From: Phoronis australis
Taxonomy: Eukaryota > Animalia > Phoronida
Direction: 5' to 3'
NCBI GenBank assembly: GCA_002633005.1
Contig: NMRA01000062.1
Coordinates: forward strand, 1,161,991-1,217,650
DNA length: 55,660 bases
Program-made: the position numbers and the translations under genes
The notes under the pieces: model-generated
Told to the model about the DNA's origin: nothing
Database searches by the model: none
The model's input: the letters and a program-made list of their open reading frames with translations, nothing else
Shown here: positions 47,216 to 55,660 of the stretch, in pieces
Layout of the letters: every line of letters starts with the position of its first letter
Numbering within the stretch: position 1 is the stretch's first letter

Positions 47216-50200
47216 GTAACTTGAGGGGGTATACATGTAGGTAAAGAATGTGTTACTTATGGAGGTATTGTACGGTTTTCATTATCTCTGTGCTTTGCCT
47301 GACAATGCACTTGTATTTCTTCCACAGTAGGAAAATCTTTGAGCAAAATGAAATGTTTCGAGTTATTTCACTTAAAAATGCGCTACACATGAGCACAGAA
47401 TCTATCTTTATTTCCTGTTTTTATTTTTGATCCCTTCACTTCCATTGAAGAAGGAAGAGGGGCTTCGGAAACTACGCTAAAGGACGCCGCAAAAGTGCAT
47501 CATCAGCCAAACATTCATAGATTGTTCACAAATACAAGAAAGTCAGAGTCAAGACACCCACTTTTAACGCATACCGGTACCTAAAATCTGAACGCAAACT
47601 CAATCCACCCAATGAAATGAAGTTATAGGCAGTGAAAATAAATGCCTACATATCTGTCTGCCAAATTACGTGTGGCCGCAGAAATACCCGTGGCTACAGT
47701 GTAATTTTACAATGACCGATACACCCATGCCTTCCCTTTAGAGAGTTTCAGAAATTGCTTTTACCTTTCTTGAATTCTTAGTGTACAGGTGATATTATAT
47801 TGAAAACCTTGTATTCGGAAAATAACCATTTTTTGCTAGACTTCGTTTTGTATTCCGGTAACAATGGATGGTTTCGACATGTCAGTCAATGCACTTGGGG
47901 GCATTTGCAATACAAATCAACAATACAAAGTTAACGAAAGGTGAACTGTACCTGTCACTGATAAAAGATGATGTGCACTTCACGGTTAAATGCATATGCG
48001 GATAAACCATAGACTACAAATTCAGTTTTTGGCCATTTCTATTTTAAAAGAGATACACCAGTCCTAGCGTTGCTCAACTATACCCAGTTCTCATGGGAGA
48101 ATTGGCAATTAAGGCTACTGAACATTAATGAGTAACTTCTTTGCTGACAATCTGTATATTATTTCAAGGAAATGCGGAATGCTCTGAACCGCCAACGCTT
48201 TCCAACTCAACTTACAACGTGAATGCACCTATCTCTAACGGAACAAATGCGCAGTATACATGTGATTCTGGATTCCATAAGACCAGTGGTGATGAGATTC
48301 GAACATGTTCAAATGGAACCTGGATTGGGGAGAATATTACGTGTACAAGTAAGTACTTGCAAGTCATTTTTTCATTTGTGCGAAAACGCATTCATTTGGA
48401 GTTTTTGTTCACTCTCTTTTTTGTCAGCCGAAACATCGCTCGCAAATAATTTGTGTTCTTTTAAAGCAACTTATACATGCGCAGGGATGATCTCCGATAT
48501 CAGGGTAGACCCGCAACTTATTACGCTGATACGCTAGCTGTTGAGCCAGCAACTCAAAGAATCGCAGGAAAAGCGTAGATGCTCCATTTATCGAATAGCC
48601 AATTTTAGGGTAGGTCATCTCGATTGAACTATGAAATCCTGTTTTGAAGGATACCCTTGTCTTATCAGTGTTGCGAGAGCAATTGATGGGTTACTGTGTA
48701 TGACAAATGAATTTAAAAAAACACAAAAATAGATTGATTCACTTTTCCGTTGGCAGACAAACTGTGCTCATCGGTAAAAGAAGTTTTGGCCGATTTTGTC
48801 GTTTAAAGACTTTAAACAGGCTCAACTTTTAATGATTGTTTAATTTTATGTATATCACAGTGCCAAAAATAATTTGCATTCTCAGGATTTTGTTTAGAAA
48901 TAGGCAGTACCATCACTGGTCAAACTGTTAAACCCTTGAGCCAGGTTTCTAGCTCCTCAGCTCGGTTTTAATCATATATCAATAAAGCATAAAAATATTT
49001 CCAGGTGATCAGTGCAATGGGCCCACATGCGAGGCCTGCGCACGTCTGATACAATGTGTATCAGACCGCCTGTAATTATTTTTTATATATCACTGGCATC
49101 CATTTCTGTCCCCATTTCCTATTCACAATAATTGAATCTAGGCGCGCGTTCCGTAAGCATGCCAAGAATTGTACTACAAAACACTAGTTGGCTTACCTTA
49201 AAATCAAACTGCTGCCTGGCAGTTTGGTAATTGGCCAAATTTTGGTGCACAAAAGAAGAGTTAACGAGGAGCATAACATGGCAACATCATATATCACACA
49301 AACTTTTTAGATTGTAAAAATTTCTGGTCTGATTTTCAAAATTCAGAAACCTAATTACTTGTGCTTTATACGAAGTATTCAAATATGCTGTTTAGAAACT
49401 TTTATAACGAAAATTTAATAATATTATAGTTGCTCTCAGTGAGATAACTATGGGCCTGTATATATAGAGAACGATAACATCAACAGCCTGACGCCATCTA
49501 ATTAACTATATTTACAACAACATGGTGTGTTTGATCAATGTAGCAGATTTCGAGATCCGCAAACCGGTTGAGTCGCCCACTTTCGATCGGTCAGTGTGTC
49601 AACCGAGAAGTATTTTTTCATGGATCCGAGATTATCGCGAAAAAGGCACCATCACGCGAGCATCCCCGAGAAATCGCCGCAAATAAATTAGATCATTACA
49701 TGGCGAGGTCGTTAACCCCCGTTATCTAGAGCCCGAGTGGATTTTGGAGAATTATCAGTTAACTGAATAGTGTTGGGCATGGTTCCGTTCAGCAGCAGAA
49801 ATACCTCCAAAATTTGAGACGATTTGCTTCAAGCGACATGATGGATAGTTAGCGTTTCGTAATGATACGTGTTGTAGCTAATAGGTTGCAAATGACCGAT
49901 ACACCCATGTCGTCCCTTTAGAGAGTTTCAGAAATTGCTTTTACCTTTCTTGAATTCTTAGTGTACAGGTGATATTATATTGAAAACCTTGTATTCGGAA
50001 AATAACCGTTTTTACAGTAATACTAGACTTCGTTTTGTATTCCGGTAACAATGGATGGTTTCGACATGTCAGTCAATGCACTTGGGGCATTTGCAATACA
50101 AATCAACAATACAAACTTAACGAAAGGTGAACTGTACCTGTCACTGATAAAAGATGATGTGCAATTTACGGTTAAATGCATATGCGGATAAACCATAGAC

Positions 50201-53200
50201 GATTTGCTTCAAGCGACATGATGGATGGTTAGCGTTTCGTAATGATACGTGTTGTAGCTAATGGGTTGCAAATGACCGATACACACCTGCCTTCACTTTA
50301 GAGAGTTTTAGAAATTGCTTTTGCCTTTCTTGAATTCTTAGTGTACAGTTCATAGTATATTGAAAACCTTCAATTTGGCATATTACCGTTTTTTACAGTA
50401 ATGGTTCACTTCGTTGTGTAACAATGGATGGTTTCGAAATTTCAATCATTGCACTTGTGGCGTTTGCAATATAAATCAACAAGATAAAGTTAACCAAATA
50501 TGAAATGTGTGCCTGTCACTGATAAAAGATGACGTACACTTCACGGTTAAATGAATATACGGATGAACGATAGATTAAACATTCAGGTTTTGGCCATTTT
50601 AACTTTAAAAAGAGATACACAGGCGTGAGTCGTTTCGCTGAGCTTCAATCATGCATCGGGGTTCAACTCAACAAATTAAGATATCACACCAAACGTCCTG
50701 GTAAGAATCATACATGTATGCAGTCACATCAGGGTCACATTTTTATTGTTTAAAGAGTACTGCCCCTCATGCTCGTGAATCAACACTTGCTCTTCGATAC
50801 GAAGGCTTAGTCAAAAGAGAGTATTTATAGCCAATGCTGTGTCGGTAGTGTTGTCTCTGGGTGCCTGAAGAGAGCATGTGTGTGACGTGTTCATGGATGC
50901 GTGGTTTTATAACAAAGAGCCTCTAGGCAACATTACTTTTGCAAAGTTTTGGTGTTTGAAACTTTCACCTTTGCGAGAGAAATAGACTTCTTTTGGACAC
51001 GAAAAACAATTGCCAGCTCGAAAACTCGTGGAACCCGTTGAACAAAGCTTAGTAGTTGACTGAAACATAAGACTTCGAGCAGCAGTAATTGGCAGGCTTC
51101 ATTAGCGGGCTGGATGGTTTGTTTCAGAAATCTGATTATTGATTATATAGCCACTGATGATGCTTGCCTGAAATTCAGCGAAACGGTTGATGGTGTACAT
51201 GCATATCATATAATTTCTGAGGTCAAAATGTTGGTGTTCTTCTGAGTGAAGGTGTGTTAAACTGGAACTCTGTGTGCAAATGAGACAATTTTTGAATATC
51301 GAAAATAGACACCATTTCAGAAAATGGGAAACCCGTTGACCAGTGTTCTAGATGTCTTATAATTTGAGAACTCCTTGCGCCAATGAATGATGAATGTATT
51401 AGATAACAGATAGTGCTACTTAAGGGAACTCGTAAATTACCGGATATTTCGACGTTTGCTGTGGATAGTTATGAATTTAACATTTATCGAGGAAACATAC
51501 AATTTGACGCACATCTTGCTTCACATCATAGGTGGATTCAAGGGGGCTAGGGTACGTACCCGACCCATCCTATCGACGCAACCTAAAAACAAAAGAAATG
51601 ACATCTGAATGCTGTTTTAGGACATGTATATCGTAGATACGCCATCGACACAGTATAGCACACCGGGACAAAGTTTACAAATATAAAAGTGTGGAATCAA
51701 TTATTTTCACAGATAATCTACGGTAGCATTTAGTGGAACGTATCTTTATCTACGTCTACCACTCTTTACCTACCACAGTTTCATCACGTGGGACTATTTT
51801 ATGCATTTCGTTATGAAGTGCCCATTCAGTTGACCTGGCACTGTGCTAAAATAAGTTGAAATTGTTTTAAGATTGTTTTTTGTTTAAAACTCATTTTTTT
51901 CTTCAAGGTAAGATTATGTGCCACTATAAGACACACACCTTTCTCAATTTTATCTATTAATTGTGCATTGGACATATGGTTTGTAAGTCGTTACTTCATA
52001 CTTCAGGTTAGATATATCAAAACAACAAAATGTGAAGAATCTTAATTGATTTACGGAAATAGGCTACATTGGCATTATGAATTTTAAAGCTTACTCAAAT
52101 CCTTCATCGTTATCGTTTCCTATTTTCACTATCAAATTCAGATTTAACTTGCTATATGTAATACTCAACTACCTTAAATGTTTGAAAACAGGGATCTCGA
52201 ATATTTGCCCCCCCCTTAAATCCGCCACTGTGTCTCTTACGGAAGTGCAACAACATGTGACAAAATCAATTTTGGGTGGAATCAATTAAGCTCTTAACAT
52301 CTTGAAGAAGAGAGTAGCCTCAGATTGAAATGAATTCATGCATTTTACGTTATGATTGTCGGGTAATAAGGTGGACGCTTGCAGGGCACAGCACCAGCTA
52401 GCAGTTGTGACGATTGGGAGCACATGTTCAACACATGAACGGTCTCCAAAACGCAGAAACTGTCACTGGTGAGGCATCACAAAGTAGAATAATAGGAAAA
52501 CGTTCATGTGCCATTGTTTCCTGAAATTTCACCAAAGGAGCATAGCTATAGAAATTGCCACCCGGTGGCCAGTAGCAGTCAAATAATCTAGAAATTGATG
52601 TGCGGCTTGACAGAATTCATAACCATTGAAACATACCTGAAAAAAATAACGAAGCCTCTTTATCGATTGAAGAGATACAGCTGAATACTACCAGTAGTGA
52701 AGGATTGTAAAATACGCGAAAGTATGTCGTTTCCATCGGCTGTTCCTTGGAAACAAACAAAAAGCGTTCACTTCCGAGGGAAAAATTTGAAGTTAAGAGA
52801 AAGTATTATTTGTTCAAGATGCTCAATGAAGTTGGCACCAGGCGAGACATTAGGCTCTCCCTAGTTAAAACTGACTGGAGTCCGATCAGTCCTGTACTGT
52901 TCTAAATTTGGGGCGAGGCAGACGGTCTCTAGTCAACCTATTATTGTTCTGCAAGCGTCAAGAGAGAAGACAATGATTTTTATCAGTTGAAACCTTGATA
53001 GTTTTTTTTAAGTTTCTTTATTCGGCCGCTTTCAATGAGTTGCTTTAATGCTTTCATAAGCGTGGCACCATTAACAAGCAACGTTTGCAATGGTATGAGT
53101 TGCCAAAAGTTTTACACTTGCTTATTTGTCAGAAATTGCTTTTGAAATAATATATACGAATAATCTTGTGTAACTCTATCAACAACATGTCCGCAAATTA

Positions 53201-55180
53201 TGTCGTGGAGCTCAAATTCATCGGTGTGTGTTAGCAGGTTGCTTGTGATTCTGGTTTTGAGCAATCTGGTGGCAACTTCTCACGGACTTGCCAGACTGGT
53301 ACCGCACTAGAGTTTCTTTAGAACATTTGTAAGTGTGAAAACGTTAAGGGCCACTTTTCCGATAATAGGAAAAATCCCAATGTAGAACTCTTTCTAACTC
53401 ATAGGCTATTTTAATTGATTTCTTTTTTGCTTTGATCTCAGAATTTGCTAAAGTTCCTTCCATGACTTAAATCGAGTTTACATTGTTCAGTGCTGTTATT
53501 ACTCCAGTTTTTTTTATAAAATGACACCGAATTAGGGGGTTAATCGTTATGAAATGGTTTTTAATTTCACATTTGCAGTGTCAAAAGTCGAGAAACCTTG
53601 AACCCAAAAAGCCACACTTTATCTCCGATACAATCTGTTCCATTTTGTTTAATTTTCGGAGACATCTACACAAGTGTTGCTTCATCAAAGTTGTCGAAAT
53701 GGCGACAAAACACTACGTTAGTCCAGTACATGAATAAATAATTGGTCGCTGCTTGCAAAATCTTAGTATTAATATCCGATAATATTCCTACAAAACATAT
53801 GTACAGATACTAAAAACGACTTCCTTATCCAGTTCCCTGAAACAAAATCATAATCTCTAACCGTCGACAACCCTCAGTAGTTGGTAGAAAGTTTTGAAAA
53901 CTCCTTTCAACGGTGCTAAATGGGCCGGAGTGCGTGACCTACGAATTTAGCGAAATGCGTGGAGACCGTGGAAACATAAGAACGACTTACTAACGGTTTT
54001 GACTTATATTTCAACGATTACATCGGGTACGGACTCAACTGTGCTTGTGAATGATTATGATCAATGTGGTGGCAACGGACTTGCCAGGCTAATACATCAT
54101 CGAGTGGTTTCGCACTTGAGTGCACAAAAGAGTTATTCTAGTACATTTTAAGTGTGAAAACGTTAATGACCGCATTTCCGTTGATAGGAAACACTCGCAG
54201 TGTCGAATTTTGAGAGATCTGGGACGCAAAAAGCCACTCTTTTCATCGCCTATCCAATCTGGTTTCATTCCTTCTAACCATCGCTAACATTTCGTCAAGT
54301 GTTGCTCCTTCAAAGATGTCGAAATTTTCAACACCACACTACGCTGTTCTAGTACATGAATAAAAAATTAGCGGCTAGTTGCAATAACACAGAATTACCC
54401 TCCGATAACATTGTCACCATAGCCCTATTCAAAAGTAAATCAAACCCGGTTTTGGCTAATTAAATGATACTAAAAACGACTTACCCATCCAGTTTTCTAC
54501 AACAAAATCATAATCTGTAACCGTTGACAACCCTCAGTAGGTGGGAGAATATTTTGCAAACTCCTTTCAAAGGTTCAGAATTTGCCAGGGAGCCTGACCT
54601 ACGATTTTAGGGAAATAGGTGGAGACCGTGGAAATTGACCACATACCAAAGACAATAATATCCAATTTCGGAGATAGGAAATATTAGTTTATATTTGATA
54701 CATGTCTTTTATAGTTCAAGATTTACGCTTTTGAAGCACTATCAGGTGACGGATTGAGGATTGGTTGAAATCATCTAAACAATCTTTACTACCTTTAAGA
54801 AGCAAATAATGTTTGATTATATTCCGAATTTTACTGTCGATTATTTGATGCAAGTTTGGTAAAATCTATCGCCGTTCTGTTAAAGACTGTAAAGTTCAAT
54901 TTTAAGATAATTCTATTCTAATATTTTGCATCTGACATTACATATTTCTACTGATCCATACTGAATACTCTACATTGATTCTTTTACTTCACTGTGCTTT
55001 CAGGAGTAAGTTGTGGTTCGCCAGACGTAACCTCCAACTCAACTGTTACATCGAATACCAATGTCTTTGGTGACACCGCCAACTACGCTTGTGATACTGG
55101 ATATGAAAAATCTGGCGGCAACATCTCCCGAACTTGCCTTGCTGATAAATCATGGAGTGGTACCGCTTTGGCCTGCACGA
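47143..55180 (+). CDS. 3'-truncated multi-exon gene: secreted or membrane Sushi/CCP (SCR) repeat protein. Coding exons 47143-47215, 48169-48348, 55004-55180
   Basis: A signal-peptide exon and two phase 1-1 CCP exons join in frame; the gene continues beyond the window. Confidence 0.85.
47711..48058. repeat. Intronic ~350-bp segment duplicated at 49891-50200 and 50271-50620
   Basis: aatgaccgatacacccatg...ggataaaccatagac is near-identical to the 49891 copy. Confidence 0.92.
48169..48348 (+). CDS. Exon: Sushi/CCP domain 1 (CSEPP...YTCDSGF...RTCSNGTWIGENITC)
   Basis: ttcaag acceptor and A|gtaagt donor; 180 nt; four Cys plus the conserved Trp. Confidence 0.92.
49817..50620. repeat. Tandem duplication, 380-bp period
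   Basis: agacgatttgcttcaagcgacatgatggat starts at 49817 and 50197. Confidence 0.92.
53241..53312 (+). pseudogene. Decayed CCP pseudo-exon fragment (ACDSGFEQSGGNFSRTCQTGTALE)
   Basis: Aligns to the 55004 exon but lacks the SWS segment and the last Cys. Confidence 0.7.
53575..54635. repeat. Diverged tandem duplication (~620-660-bp period) carrying a CCP pseudo-exon; further partial copy at 55369-55660
   Basis: caaaaagccac, caagtgttgct, agtacatgaataaa, gatactaaaaacgactt, gacaaccctcagtag and gtggagaccgtggaaa recur in the same order. Confidence 0.85.
53951..54127 (+). pseudogene. Decayed CCP pseudo-exon
   Basis: Reads NCACE / YDQCGGN / RTCQANTSSSGFALECT across frameshifts; the donor is mutated (aagagt). 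Confidence 0.75.
55004..55180 (+). CDS. Exon: Sushi/CCP domain (CGSP...YACDTGY...RTCLADKSWSGTALAC)
   Basis: ctttcag acceptor and A|gtaagt donor; 177 nt; phase 1-1; four Cys plus WSG. Confidence 0.93.
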
Positions 55181-55401
55181 GTAAGTTACTTTAAAATTTG
55201 TACATTTGTGTGTTAGCGAAAACTTCAAGTTTGCGTAGATCGAAAATACTTCAATTTCCTGTTCTTTCGTAGTCGTCATACGTATTTGCAAGAATAAAAC
55301 TGAAGAAAAGGCGGCCAGCCTGTGTTCAAGTTCTTAAATCCTATACATCATTGAGTTGAACCTCAGCCAAATGGGTCAGAGTGCGTGACCTACGATTTTA
55401 G

Positions 55402-55578
55402 CGATATGCGTGGAGACCGTGGTAACATCAGACCGAGTTACTAACGCATTTGACTGAGATTTTAACAATTACATCGGGTACGGACTCAACTATGATTTTG
55501 ACTGAGTATGATCAATGTGGTGGCAACGGACTTGCCAGGCTAATACATCATGGAGTGGTAGCGCACTAGAGTGCACAA
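55402..55578 (+). pseudogene. Decayed CCP pseudo-exon with intact splice sites
   Basis: ttttag acceptor and A|gtgagt donor; 177 nt; ends RTCQANTSWSGSALECT but carries three in-frame TGA stops. Confidence 0.8.
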
Positions 55579-55660
55579 GTGAGTGATTCTAGTACATTTT
55601 AAGTGTGAAAACGTTAAAGACCGCATTTCCGATGATAGGAAACACTCGCAGAGTCGAATA

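Overview
Intron-rich, AT-rich animal genomic DNA, most likely a marine invertebrate (inferred from GT-AG exon structure, the repeat types and frequent TACATGTA). Nothing is prokaryotic: no operon, CRISPR array, rRNA or tRNA. (1) 418-11729 (+): the 3' part of a type I membrane protein gene, rebuilt by hand from up to 15 phase-compatible exons: many EGF/calcium-binding EGF domains (10 in one exon), a short Thr/Gln/Ser-rich linker, a SEA domain with a GSVIV cleavage-type motif, a juxtamembrane EGF, a TM helix and a cytoplasmic tail. One intron appears to be GC-AG. (2) About 12-46 kb: no supportable protein-coding gene, only transposon debris: an Academ-like element with TIRs and a 3-bp TSD, a Penelope-like RT fragment split by a MITE, an RTE-X-like LINE fragment, a gag fragment, several MITEs/foldbacks and (TG)42. 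(3) 47143-55180 onward (+): the 5' part of a signal-peptide plus Sushi/CCP-domain gene, with duplicated, decayed CCP pseudo-exons in its introns. I cannot support a wholly new biological system. The best leads are the MUC1-like receptor features and the visible birth and death of CCP exons. All calls come from manual reading; no searches were run.
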